This document shows positions 34,201 to 46,393 of a DNA stretch of 50,369 nucleotides, piece by piece. The stretch is from positions 1 to 50,369 of the forward strand of contig OLMU01000154.1 of NCBI GenBank assembly GCA_900291995.1, read 5' to 3'. Positions within the stretch are counted from its first letter, which is position 1, and each line of letters begins with the position of its first letter. A program made the translations under genes and the position numbers. Under the pieces are notes generated by a model, which ran no database searches, was not told the DNA's origin, and was given only the letters and a program-made list of their open reading frames with translations. This DNA comes from Licmophora abbreviata. Taxonomy: Eukaryota.

Positions 34201-37200
34201 GAATATGTCTAGGCATGCGGACAGCAAGGGCGTAGATACAGCCTTGGCATCGTGCTGGGCGTTTCCAACCCCACCGCTTCCCCTCCCTGTTGGGCTTTTC
34301 CCTACTTTCGACGTCTTGGTACTTTTCCCTTCGCTCTGTCGCGCGTACGCGCATCGACGGCTGCGTCAGCCAACTTGCTAGACACTAATTCTTCGGCACA
34401 CATTGAAACAACTTTCTCAAAGTATGCCGGTCGAATCTCGCTCTTGGGCCACCTTCGCAATACCAATCTTAGAAGCGAGCTCGTTCGGGTCTCCAGGTTA
34501 GACACCGGTCCATCGATTTTTGAGTCGGCGACGAGCATTCTCATGCGCACAAGGAAGTTCAATATTGTCTCCGCCTACAGTTGGGAATAAAAACTCTGTG
34601 AGATCAAATACTTTGCCCCCAGCTAGCCTATCGTGAGTTCCCACTCACCATACCGGCGTCCAAAGTGAACGCGGCGTCTTGCGTCGAATCAGCTGGATCG
34701 ACGGGATGTCCGTCGATCGCCTTCGGACGTTTATTGGGTCGGTCGTCTAGAGAGGCGTGCCGCCGTTTTCGACCGTCAAAAGCACTCTCTGATCCCACGG
34801 TGTCGTGCGCCTGTGCGCTACTCCAGACTACAACAAGCTCGGCAGTAGAGACAGCTAAGACTCGGTTCTCACTGGGACAGTTAGGCGGGAGCCCAAGCCT
34901 GTTAAGAGAATTTATCATCTGGCGAATGAACCCCCCTCTGTATGGCGCGAAAATCTTCGCATGCGAAACAATGGTGCGCCAAACGTGGGCAAGCTGGGGA
35001 GCCGTGTTGCCTTCCTCATAGATGATCTTGTTCGTGTAGTCGATCACCTTTTGGAAATCTTCTGCGCCGAGCTTTTCCGGAAGGACCGGAATCAGGAACC
35101 CAAGAGCTATCTGGACAAGCTCTTTCCCTTCAGGCTGGTAAGAACGTAGAAGTGCGGCAAAAACTTGAAGAACTATCTTCGACGGAGTATCGAAGGTTGA
35201 AATGAACCGACAAACGTTGACGTATGCCCAATTCTTGCAGCTCGTGTCGTCTGATTTTAGAAGACTCCAAGAGTATCGTATAATGTCTTTTCGATACTCT
35301 GAAATTTGTTGTGGGACACACTCAACCAGGAGAGTTGATAACCTAAGCAGCTCTACCCTCAATCGATCGCCGCAGCTCACAGCACTCCCATGCTTGAAAA
35401 GAACACTCGATAAGAACTTCTCAATCATTTCATTGTCAAGGAAGGTAACCTCGGCTTGGCCATCGGCTTCAAGAGTACATCGGAGCGAGCTACGTAGCAT
35501 AGGGAGCACTAGAAGCTGGATGCTAAGGGCCTTCGTTTCCTCCGATCCATCACCTGTCATAAGCGAGAAGAATCGCTGCATGACCAATCGTTTCTCTGGA
35601 GGAGTAATAACATCGGAGACTGTTTGGATCAAAAACTTCCGGACAAAAAAATAATCGCCTGTGTTCGGCTGGAGAAATATGCGCAACAATTCAAAAAGAA
35701 TGTCGACGTCCTTTGTTGAAGCCGACGCATACCTGACGAGAAGGGATGCCAGAAGTCTTGACTCCTCGTGAAATCTTGGGGGGATCGCTTCTTCGTGCTG
35801 AAGCCTCAGGAATCGCCCTTTTGAGCGCCATAGCCACCGAAAAGCACGAACGATGTCGTTGTGCTCTGTCAGATAAGCCGAATTTTTGTTGCTGAGAATC
35901 TCGATAAGCTTGAAACCCTGGTGTTGAAGTTCCAGAGCATCGATTGTCATGGGTCGAGGCGAGTCCTTCTTTTCAGAATCGGGCGCTAAAGATGACCGAG
36001 AGGTCACATTCGAGCTCTCTGACGTGTGCCGTTTCTGGGCGTCACCTATCTCCTTCCGGACCTTCTCGTGCGTGGCCTTCGCTAGCTTGACCTTTGCCGA
36101 GGCTTCATCGACCGCGGACTGCGAGTTTGGAGTTGGGGACGCAGCGTGAGCTGCGAGCTTCGTCTGAAGTATGTCATTCCTTCGAGATACCTCGTTCTGC
36201 AGAAGCTGCAACTTGCTTTGCTCCGATTCTATTTCCTGCCGCAACGCGGCTTCCTTTTGTCGCTTAGCTGCACTCGACTCAGCTGATATCCCATGCATGG
36301 CCAAGATTTGGACCACACCTTGCGATGTCGTCCCTTGTTTCAGACCTGATGAGGCCGTCTTCTCAGAGCGGATTATCGCAAGAGGTCTCTCGAAGCACAC
36401 ATTCAGCAATGTTACTGAGCATTGTGATCCTGAAAGGTATTCGCGAAGGGGTTCTGACTCATCGAGGTTCAGAATGCTTTGAAAAATGCCACTGTAATGT
36501 GGATTTCGGAGCCTTTGAAAGAAGAAGCCAATAGCGCTCTGACAATGCTTGTTCAAGAAACGGGCAAGTGGGAGTCGATAGGGTGAGTCGATCCTCTTGG
36601 GCTTGTACATATGCAGTGCAGCCTCCAACTTCACACATATTCTGACAAGAGGTTCCACAAACTGGGATGCGTGGGGTAACAGAGAAAACAAATCTATTAC
36701 TGCCGATGCAACCGCTGGCTGGTGCCCCTCTCTCCAGATGTTCTTGGACAGGATCGACTCGGGGTCCATCCATTTCTGCAGATGTTCAAGAAGCTTCTCT
36801 CCTAAGGTCTTATTGAACCAAGATGAAAGTAATGACAAAAGGCGAGCCAGACCTCTAAGAAGAGGAACTGAGAGTCGAGTGTAGTCTCTCAGGTTTAACA
36901 GCACGGGCCTAATACAAGTTTGAAGAAGATCCTTGGGGAGCCGAGACTTCGGTTTTTCGTCGCTACTGGCATCTGCCTGAACAGCGCTAAGCGTGAGGAC
37001 ATCTCTGAGCGCGTCGTAGGCTGCAATTACAGACTTGGGCGAATCTGATACCAGTGAGCGGAAGAGAAGACTGACGACGTGCGGCCGCAGATTGCCTGTT
37101 GCGAAGGTCAATCATGGTGTAAGTTTCAGAGTCCAACTACTCACGCACGGCACTCTTCTGGGCTTACCGATAGGAGTCGAGGACTCAGAATCGAAAAATA

Positions 37201-40200
37201 TATCTGTACTGCTTCTGATTACAGCCTGAAAAAGTCGCAAGGCCGATACTCGCAATTGGACACCATAGGGGAGTTCTGCCGGGACAGCAATGAAAGATGT
37301 CCCGTTTTCACACTTCATAAGGCACTCTCGTCGAAGAAAGACCGAAGTGGCATGGCTAAGAAATGACATGCGACTTGGTTGGTTCAGAGATATTTGCTGC
37401 GCGGGCATCGCGTATCCGTTCTTATCCACCACAAAAGCCGCCAAAGTCTTGTCACTCATTTCACCGTCAGCAATGGAAGACATCTTGAGAAACTCTGAAA
37501 GGAAAGCAAGCAAGTGCTGGTCCTCGATCGTCAAGATGGTTGGGGCTTCATGGATTATAAACGCAAGTGCATCAATGGCACCGACCTGCTCAGGCAAAGC
37601 AAGGAGACGGAACGACCGTGCGAACAAGACTTTCTTCAGCGAAGGCAGAGTACCCGCCAAAAGTGAAGAATACTTCGAGCTTGAAACATGACCAAAATAG
37701 TGCTGAATAAAATGCCGGGCAGTAAACCTAAAGAACGCACAGAAAAGAGAACGATCAAACATTTCAGCGACCAGGCACGTTGTTGCATTTGTCAGTTTAC
37801 CCCGTCAGTCCCCACCTTACTATGGCATCTGCCGACATCAGCTCCAAAACGAGCAACTGTAGTACCGGCTTAGAAGGAGACACAACCCCCATTTCTCGTT
37901 CATCGCTTTCGTTCCCTGTCGTCGACTTATCGCGGGTGGGTGAAATGCTTTCGGCATTTTCCTTGTTTGCAGCAAGGACATCTTGTACAACCCGTGAGCC
38001 ATTTAAGGACAGGGGTGTACCGTACATCCTATTGAAGACGAGGTGGAAGAATCGAATTGCCTGGATCGAAGCGTTCGGAATTTCTCGCGGCGCAGTTTTT
38101 AGTGTCAACAGTGCAACCTGAACGATTTCAAGCTCATAACGCCTACTCCATTCCATTCCATTCTTCTCCATGACAAGGCATATAGCGTCGCATCCTCCCC
38201 TTCGGCGATTCCATGGCGATGACACACAGACGCGGCACAATTCGCTTAATAAACTCTCGAAAAACAGCTCCCGTCCCTTCCGAAGAGCAGAGGAACCAAG
38301 TGGCACCTTTTCTGACAAGCCCGATAACTTTGAGATGATTTCAAGACAGACCTCAGCTACAGCTCGGGATGAAGAACAAAGACTTTCGGCCAGAGCTCGA
38401 TTCACAACGAACGGATCAGCCTTTCCTTCAAACGGGCCGGAAAGATTAAAGTATCCAAACGGTGCCGATGTCAGTGACCGGGGACGGCGAGCGGTGTCTT
38501 CAGCTATCTTCTCCATTTCAGACGCATCTAGCGAAGTCGAAAGAATGCCTTGATCATCTTCAGCTAGTTGTGAGCCACTTGAGTCAATTCGGATTACATG
38601 GTGATGATGACTCGATACAACCAGGAAACAGTTTGACACGAACCCGTTCAGAAGGTGGCGAGCTTCCTCTCGTGTTCCCTTCAGAACGCTTGCGTAAATA
38701 AGACCTTCGCATAGACGTAGTACATATTGGTCGCGGCAGTCTGTGGACTTAGAAGTGATCTTGGGAAGCGCGGTATCGCTGTGTAGAACATCTTTCTCGC
38801 CCGGTGAGCCGTTATCGTTGACGATCACATTCCCGATATTGCGAAAGACCCCGATGTCTAGAATCTCCGTGAGCGACAGACGCATCACTTCAAAAGCAGC
38901 CCTTGCAGTAGCCCTTTTCGTCTCATCAACCATACCTGCGCAGTAAGAACTGAGATCAACGTCTTCCGGATGTAACGAGAAAAGCTGGTCATACTCTCGC
39001 CAAGTCACACTCGCGGCTTGCCCTGACGAGTCTTGCTCACGTCCGTTGTCTTCCTCAAGAGCAAATGATCTCAGCAATGCAGCCGACCTCGTCAAGGGAA
39101 GATGTATTGGGTAACTAGAGTCGCTATCAGAGCTTTTTTCCCGCTCGCTCACACCCGACCAGTCGCATACAATCTTCAGGAGATCCACATCCTCGGAGGA
39201 GATTGCTACGGAGGATAAATCCATCGCCTCCCTCAAGAAGCGACGATTCTTCCCCCCGAGTTTACCAAGCAGTCTCAAGGTAAGGAGGCCGTACGGATAT
39301 GGGGCGGGTCGGAGGTGGCCCGATAGCGAAGACATCAACTCCGTGAGTATATCGGTCTGGCGAGAGAGGATGGGATACAAGAACTCGGGATTTAGATTGT
39401 CCACCCAGAACTCTAGGGTCCGCAGTCTATGGTAGAAGGGAAAGCAGCTGAGTACAGAATGACCAGTGAAGATTCGCTCCGACACAAAACAGAATCTTAC
39501 CCAAGATTCACCAATTCTCCTTTGGTCGACTGGAGAGCGGGGATGATTACCCGAAGAAGCAAAGGCATGTGGGGGAGAAGAGATGACAGTCTAGCTGGAA
39601 CTGTCAGACAGAGCTCAACAATAGCGTGTCGAAGTTTTATGTGTTCAGTTGAACAATAAATCCTGTAAAGCCCATTCAATATCGCCGGAATCAAAGGCAG
39701 AAGCTCTTTGTAGGACTGCTCAAACTTTCCGGCTGAAATTGACCGAAAGATATGCCGGAGTAGTGTACAGTACTTGTCGGGCCAGCTCCCAGAGCTTTCC
39801 ATCGTGAAGCGAAGGCAAGTAGCTACGATTCGTTGCAAGTGAGGCCGCAGTACACTTTCATTCTCCGGAAATGCAGTCAGCGACTTCAAAACCCTCTCAA
39901 AGAGTTCAAGAAGAGTCGAAGCCCTCGCCTCTTGATCACCACTTTGGCTGTCGAGTTGCAGGAGCAGCTTCTCGGGGGCTGGAAACAGTTTGGTAGTGTC
40001 CATCTCCATGTTCGACTGGGAATCCATGAACAGAAATTCTCTCTCCGTGTTGACAGCTAGCTCGGTCATTCTTTCAACGAGGAACGAAAGCAAGACATCG
40101 CAGAAAGCAAGGCTAGCATTCTGGTTGGAGACAAGCAGATGACGAGGAATCACCATAACGTTACGATCCTCAACAATGGCATTCACCAAAACATCGGTAT

Positions 40201-42295
40201 ATCTTCCGATTGTCTGCCGAATATTCATTGCATCTAGGACGGTGAATGCAACCGCAAAATAGGTGAGAACTTCTCTGTACACCGTTGCCGAAGAGTGCGA
40301 TGTGTCGTCGGCGTAGATATCACGGTGATCCGATTCGCCCTTCGCCGTTTCCGTGCGGTCGAAGGACCCGTCTCTTCTTTTAAACACCCCAATACAGGGT
40401 AGTGCGTAGGAAATATATTTGTCAATCAATTCCTTTTCCCACGCAGTGAGCTTCTGATTCGCAGATGCAACCTGATCGTTCGAGCCCGAAGGACGTGCCG
40501 CGTGATCTCTGCCCTTCTCTTTCTCTCGCTGGTGTTTGTAGTTGTTGACACACCAAATGACAGTTTTGAGACCAACGACAATCGAGCGAACAATTGCCTG
40601 CAGGTCATGCACACTATCTCCCGACTCGGGTTCCACCTCGGACGACCAGAGCGTCCTATCGACGGCAGCAGATGACATTGAGTTTCTTGCTTGCAGCACC
40701 TCCACCTCCATCGGTATCACATCTTCAGTCTGAGGATCTCCTACTTCAGCCCCTCGAGCGACTTCGGCTGCCTGAACTTTTGGAATATAATCCTTCAGTG
40801 TGCCCAGCTTGCTCACGAGCGCTTCCAGAATACGTACCAGCAAGTCACGCCCCAGCTGAGGGTTCGGATCCTTATTATGAAAGATGATGTCGACAATGTT
40901 TAACAGCAGACGGACCGCCGTAATTTGTATCGTCATGGGAAGCTTCAAGGATGAGTCATGCAACACACGTGCGAATACATGTACCACGCGAGAGAGCTGG
41001 GCCATGCTAAGGAGTGACCTTGCGTGATGCACCAAATCGGCCAACGCTGAGTACCCCAACGGTCGCAAGACGGACTGGTCTGAATGCCGTGGATGAGACC
41101 CTATCAAGATGCGTTCATCGAGCAGCGCATCCACATGGCGAAAGAGACCTTTACGAAAGTCTGTCGCTAGAATATGACGTGTCGCCTGTAACAACTCACG
41201 ACGTGCGCCAATGCATTCTCTGGGACACGTTGTCATGAGTGAAACCACACTGCTAGCAATGCGGTCTTCATATGGCTTCATCTGTTCCCCGAAGCCTCGT
41301 AGAAATTGCGTTAGAAACGAGAGCGCCTTGACCTGAGCTGCAATCAGCTCCCGGGATCGAGAAAAGTACATGCGCTTGTGGTCGCTGGAAACCTTCTCGG
41401 CTGTCGCCGACTGAAGCGGTGGCGGTCGGAGTGCCAATGCTTCGATCATGACGTTAATCATGATGGAAATATTTGCCTTCATGAACTTCGGATACAACTG
41501 GAACAACAGCATGACCGCCAATGGACATTCCGTCAATACGCGAAAGGATGCCGTCGACTTGAGGGCCAATCGCGAGGTTGGGGTACTTGGTATTCCGGCC
41601 GAAGGGCTTGTACTTTTCGGCGTCGGTGCCGTCACCGGTTCCGTCATTACTAAATCTGACTTGAATGGCGTAGTCTGCGTCTCCTGCTCATTGTCTTGCT
41701 TATCAGTCGACAGCAACAAGTCCGACCCCGTCAGCGATGCTGTCGACCCTCCCCCGGTCGACATTTCCTTAGGGAACGTAAAGTTCCGCTGGACCGAAAC
41801 CGGTAGTGCACGGTACACGCTAACCACGAAATCTAAATAGGGCTGGACCAACTCTTGCGGCATGGTCCTATAGTTCTTGTGCAAATCAAAGATGATTCGC
41901 GACGCGACCAAGGCGTTGTCCTCGTAGTCTCGCGAGAGGGCGTCGCTCGCAATGCCTAATATCTGCGGCGCGTGTGGACGAAGCACCTCGTTGTTGGGCA
42001 ATCGACTTATAATTTCCAGCACAGAATTCCGTAGCTGCTGTTCCACAGACTTCGTATCCGGGTTGGGGCGGGTGCAATTGGACAAGACCGAAGCAAATGC
42101 AGGCAACAGAGCCGCTAGCATGGCGGGAAATTCCGTCGTATGCACAATTTCGATCCGTTCGCGAAGTTCTGTGGCCGCCTGGAGCGCGACGCTCAAGTCC
42201 GCGCCCAGAAGTTTCTTTCTCGTAGGCTCCCAGTCCATTGTGACTTCGATTGAAGTCAAATCTGCGGCAGAAAGAGCGGAAGATGCACTCATCAT
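28271..42295 (-). CDS. TRRAP: TRRAP/Tra1 PIKK pseudokinase scaffold (about 4,450 aa), multi-exon, with a frame break near 34325
   Basis: Tra1-like motifs LRNSVLEIISRLP, SFRVLTECP, VKALSFL, ELCLTVPARLSSLLP, LRTLEFWVDNL, LLGKLGGKNR, AWRHRLP, WIPQLL, YPQALY and VPFRMTPN. Kinase catalytic motifs are degenerate (ERTPTR, PDY). Introns 39427-39500, 37728-37815, 37096-37167, 34575-34648, 31578-31654, 31301-31378, 30829-30925 and 28705-28781. Confidence 0.93.
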
Positions 42296-42411
42296 GGTCG
42301 TCGATGCGGCGCCGCCTCACAATCCGGTGAACTTTGAGTTGATGAGAGCAACAATAAAACATTTTGGCAGAAAAACTAGGATTTTGGTTGAAGCGGTATC
42401 CACAGATACAA

Positions 42412-42425
42412 TTTTCCCGCCAAAA
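42412..42425. promoter_or_regulatory. Candidate E2F-type site in the TRRAP/HAD divergent promoter
   Basis: TTTTCCCGCCAAAA, about 120 bp upstream of the TRRAP ATG. Confidence 0.4.
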
Positions 42426-42701
42426 ATATATTGAATATATTAGAGAATGAAGAGCAATAAAGCTTACACAAGAAGTATGATATACGGCATAGCTCTAAAG
42501 AGAGCTCGCACCCCTGAAAACGTCTGTGATGTCGAATGTGACGCCGCGATGTGAGATGCCCACACAGAAAATTCATAATGTGACGCTCAAGACGACTCGC
42601 CCCCTGCTGCTCTCTATTCTCCATGCAAGCGGTGTGGGTTTAACCTACCGGTAGGTCTTTCTACTCGTCCTCAGTCGCCAGCAGGAAAGCCATACACATT
42701 T

Positions 42702-43445
42702 ATGACTCGCAAAACGGAAGCCTCGCCACGACAAGATTCGATGAGCACTTCAAAAGATAAACTTGCGTGTGAAGAGCTGCAACGCCTGGAAATTGCAATG
42801 GATGACACCGCTGGTCTCGTGTTCGACTGCGACGGCACCTTGCTGGACACGATGCCTATCTATTTTGAGTCCTGGACGCGAACTTGTAATGAAATAGGTT
42901 TAAACTTTCCCATGGAGCGATTCTACTCGTTTGCTGGCGCTCCCGTGGAAGATATTTTTCAGACGCTGATTGACGAGCAGTGGCAAAATGATCATACCAA
43001 GCCGACTGCCGAGTACTGTTCGTCTGTCAAACGACGACACCACAAGAAGATAGAAGACGAGGGAATGATTGCAGGACCTGTCGACGTTGTTGTGGAGCTT
43101 GTTCATCGCTACCATGGAAAGTTGCCTATGGCAGTAGCAAGCTCAGGATGGAGAGACCATGTCATGGCCGGCTTGGAGCGCATTGGTATCCTGCACAAGT
43201 TCGATGCCGTTGTCACCGCCGACGATGATGAAGTTCATAATCCCAAGCCAGCACCCGATATATTCCTAGTGGCTGCCAAACGAATTGGTGTCAAACCCGA
43301 CGCTTGTGTAGGATTCGAAGATGCTGATTTGGGCATGCAAGCACTAAGGTCTGCCGGCTACCACTACTCGTGTGATGTCCGGCTTATGCACATGTATCCA
43401 CGGAACGTCGAGCGGCGCGAATCCGAAGGGCTCAGCGATGCATGA
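42702..43445 (+). CDS. HAD-superfamily subfamily IA hydrolase (beta-PGM/YqaB/CbbY-like phosphatase)
   Basis: Motif I FDCDGTLLDT, motif II VASS, motifs III/IV KPAPDIF and FEDADLG. Confidence 0.9.
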   Translation: MTRKTEASPRQDSMSTSKDKLACEELQRLEIAMDDTAGLVFDCDGTLLDTMPIYFESWTRTCNEIGLNFPMERFYSFAGAPVEDIFQTLIDEQWQNDHTKPTAEYCSSVKRRHHKKIEDEGMIAGPVDVVVELVHRYHGKLPMAVASSGWRDHVMAGLERIGILHKFDAVVTADDDEVHNPKPAPDIFLVAAKRIGVKPDACVGFEDADLGMQALRSAGYHYSCDVRLMHMYPRNVERRESEGLSDA

Positions 43446-43507
43446 GCGAATGTAGCGACGGGGACCTTCTCTACATCTACTCGTACTATGTTACATGATT
43501 TCAACAC

Positions 43508-46393
43508 TCAATTTAGATTACTCTTGCATGTGTGCCAATCTTGTATTGATTCCAGGGTTTCCGCAAAAAACCGAACTTCGCCTCTCGTATTGTAGTGAAC
43601 AAGCGATATGCGAACTGGCACGTCCGCTGATGGTCCGAAGTGCAAACAGTGCTGTAGCCGTTCGGTCGAGAGAAACGTGCTGGCCCGACAGACTACTCCA
43701 CGTTCGCGGCAAAACTTGACAATGCGAGCAGACGGGATATGGCGGTGCAGAAACGAGACAACAGGCAGTCTTGCAAGAGAGTCGATGCTGAGTTCGAGGA
43801 TCCTTACGTTGTGACAAGCGGTAAGCTTTGACAGTAGCAGCTCAACCAACGGTGCTTCCACACACCGAATGCGACGATACGACTCATTCACAATTTTCCG
43901 GGTGATCCTATTTTCAGGACACAGAAGCCTTCTCCCGTTTCTGCATCGATTAGAATAGGAACGCTGGCTTGAAGACCGCTGAAGCTGACCGGGCTTAAGC
44001 TGACAGGTAGCTAGCTGGTATACATAATCTCCGATGCCCGCCACACCGGCACACGCCTCATAGCTGACCGTCCCCTTTTCAAAGAGCCGTGCACGAGCTT
44101 CATCATCGTCATCGCACAGCAGCTGGGCCACAGCGTTCTTTCGGGCGCACAGGGCGCCAAGATGCGGACCGAACAGCTTGTGACATGAGACTGCGTACCA
44201 GTCAACGTTTGATACCGAAACGTCCGCCGGGACATGTGGTACTGCCGCCACACCATCAACAACAACATGTGCATGACCGTGTGACTTCTTCTTGACCACA
44301 CTGCAAAGTGATGCGACATCGTGAACTTGGCCCAATACGTTGGACGCATGAGGGAATGCCACTATTTTCGTTCTTGGTGTCACGACACCCTCCAACCTCG
44401 AAGAGCCGCTGCCGTCGTTGACTACATCCCACCACTTCACAAGTGCGCCTGTCACTCGAGCCGCACACAGCCACGGTGTCACATTGGCAAGATGATTTTC
44501 GGCGCAAACGACGATTTCGTCATTCTGCGTTAGCAGGCCTGACTCAACGTAGTTCTTCGCGAGTCTCTCAAGTAAGCTTGTAGCGTTGGCCCCAAGGAAC
44601 AGAGTGTGGTCGTTGCTGGATCCACCCAGAATAGTCAGTAGAGTCCGTCGCGCTGAATCCATACACTCGACGCCAAGTACGCAGCGGTCTCTGGCACATA
44701 GTGAGCCGTACACTGCATCGGCGACTTGGTTGGGAGCTTGAGCGCCGCCTGCGTTCTCAAAGAAGATCTGGGGACCCAAAGGTATCGAAGAGGAGTGTTC
44801 GCCGGTGGACGAGTCACTCAGCTCGCTGAAATAAGGGAACTGTGATCGAGCAAAGCGAGTAATCGCGTCCTCGAACGATGTCCCTGGAACAGAGGCCTCT
44901 CTTCCGTTCGTTGAATAAGACATGTTGAGAGGTGTCTTCCTGAGGAGTCCCCTCGACACATTTCTTTCGTATATGGCCCATCGAATCTTGTTCAATATGG
45001 AAGCCTTGGAAGGAACACAGAACTCGCGTTGTGACTGCAGAGTGCGAGTCCCAGCATCGTCATTCTCATTGTAGACGCACTTGAATCCACCTCGGCGTTC
45101 CGTTGCTGTGCCCGATACCTTTGGGAGAATCCAGAGCGAGAGAATATCACGAATAATGTCATCGTGTAGTTCCTCCGCCTGCGCGAGACCAGTCGCAGTG
45201 TCTTGAGATGGCGGCGCATTCACCTCCAGCAAGTAGGCAACAGGAAGACCATCGTGGGAGTAGGAGAGAATAAAGTCCATGCCCAAGTACTCCATTCCGT
45301 TGTTGGCTTCTCCTCCACGCAGGAAGGGGAACGTTGCTTGAGCCAACGCTGAGACAGACGCTGCAATCGACGGAAAGAACTTCGCTAGGGGCACAACAGA
45401 ATGCTCACAGGCACCTTTCATGTCGTCGGAAGTCTCGTCCAGGTCTGCACAAATCTCGCCGGCAAACTTGGCTGCGTCATGACTATTCGCGCAGCAGTTG
45501 GTAATGTGCTGTGACGGTTCGAATACTTTATCCCCGCTGCCCGACTCGGAAGTTGACCTATGATCATACTCAAAGAACTCATTCGCGACATGGAGAAATG
45601 CTCTCTTGTGCACGAAGGCTCTGCCGTCGCACGTCATGAGGCCGTACACACGAACATGGAACTTGCGACCGCCGTACAGCAATGGAGGCCATGCATATCG
45701 CTGTGCCACGTAGCGGTGCTCCTCCTGCAGGGGAGTCACTCTCGGGTCCGCGAGTTCTCTAGCATTTCGCGGATCTACGACCCAAATACCGCCAGCTCCA
45801 TTGGAGTTGGCATCCTTGACTACCCACAGGTTGTGCGGTGAGGATCGTGCCGACGACAGGTCTGTACGTGTGTTGACGGAATCGTCGAGAAGATCTGGAC
45901 GTCGACGATCCTGACCACCAGAAGACCCAACGACGTGATCAATAGACCACATTTCCACCTCATCACAGAATGATCTATATCCCCTGATTCCTCTAAAGCA
46001 GTGACTCTCGAGGGTCGCAAGAAAAGGATTACTCTCGTCGTTGTCCATCTGTGCCGATGAGCTGGTGGCATGATGACGATCAAATAGCCTCGCCAGGACC
46101 CACTTGTCGTCCAGAATAGCAGTTCCGTTCGGTAAGTGGGAATAACATCGAGCCTGGTCGCGATAGGCTTTCGTCTTGTGTCGCGGAGCATTCTCCCACA
46201 AAAAATGAGGAGGTTGTGTGTCCTCGATCGTCTCGCGAGAAGATGTCGATGATGCATAGGGACTGACGTCGCGCCAATGCGAAGGAAGTAGCGGTGTCAG
46301 GCGCGAATGGGCAGCTCTCCCTGTTACTTCAAAACGAATGTGTTCGCTGAGGTCATGATGATCCGATGACGAGCCCGTTTCGCCTGTCCTCAT
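43508..46393 (-). CDS. Fusion of a tubulin-tyrosine-ligase-family ATP-grasp domain and a class-V PLP-dependent (cysteine-desulfurase-like) domain
   Basis: One uninterrupted 961-aa ORF. N-half: WVVKD..SNGAGGI, AQRY..PPLL..RKFHVRVY, HITN, EYLGMDF, LLEVN..P. C-half: FFENAGGAQ, NHLANV.PW, HASNVLG, VDGV..VPH, SCHKLFGP, EKGT, VRISLVHYNT. Confidence 0.88.
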   Translation of the reverse strand: MRTGETGSSSDHHDLSEHIRFEVTGRAAHSRLTPLLPSHWRDVSPYASSTSSRETIEDTQPPHFLWENAPRHKTKAYRDQARCYSHLPNGTAILDDKWVLARLFDRHHATSSSAQMDNDESNPFLATLESHCFRGIRGYRSFCDEVEMWSIDHVVGSSGGQDRRRPDLLDDSVNTRTDLSSARSSPHNLWVVKDANSNGAGGIWVVDPRNARELADPRVTPLQEEHRYVAQRYAWPPLLYGGRKFHVRVYGLMTCDGRAFVHKRAFLHVANEFFEYDHRSTSESGSGDKVFEPSQHITNCCANSHDAAKFAGEICADLDETSDDMKGACEHSVVPLAKFFPSIAASVSALAQATFPFLRGGEANNGMEYLGMDFILSYSHDGLPVAYLLEVNAPPSQDTATGLAQAEELHDDIIRDILSLWILPKVSGTATERRGGFKCVYNENDDAGTRTLQSQREFCVPSKASILNKIRWAIYERNVSRGLLRKTPLNMSYSTNGREASVPGTSFEDAITRFARSQFPYFSELSDSSTGEHSSSIPLGPQIFFENAGGAQAPNQVADAVYGSLCARDRCVLGVECMDSARRTLLTILGGSSNDHTLFLGANATSLLERLAKNYVESGLLTQNDEIVVCAENHLANVTPWLCAARVTGALVKWWDVVNDGSGSSRLEGVVTPRTKIVAFPHASNVLGQVHDVASLCSVVKKKSHGHAHVVVDGVAAVPHVPADVSVSNVDWYAVSCHKLFGPHLGALCARKNAVAQLLCDDDDEARARLFEKGTVSYEACAGVAGIGDYVYQLATCQLKPGQLQRSSSQRSYSNRCRNGRRLLCPENRITRKIVNESYRRIRCVEAPLVELLLSKLTACHNVRILELSIDSLARLPVVSFLHRHIPSARIVKFCRERGVVCRASTFLSTERLQHCLHFGPSADVPVRISLVHYNTRGEVRFFAETLESIQDWHTCKSNLN

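Noticed and set aside
33821..35654. Long antisense ORFs over TRRAP, and similar ones over other genes
   Set aside because: These are shadow ORFs of long coding sequences, with no recognisable motifs.
6597..42295. Functional cluster of DNA/chromatin genes (TOP2, MSH5, SNM1, TRRAP)
   Set aside because: The genes are interspersed with unrelated ones and probably act in different compartments; this is consistent with chance.
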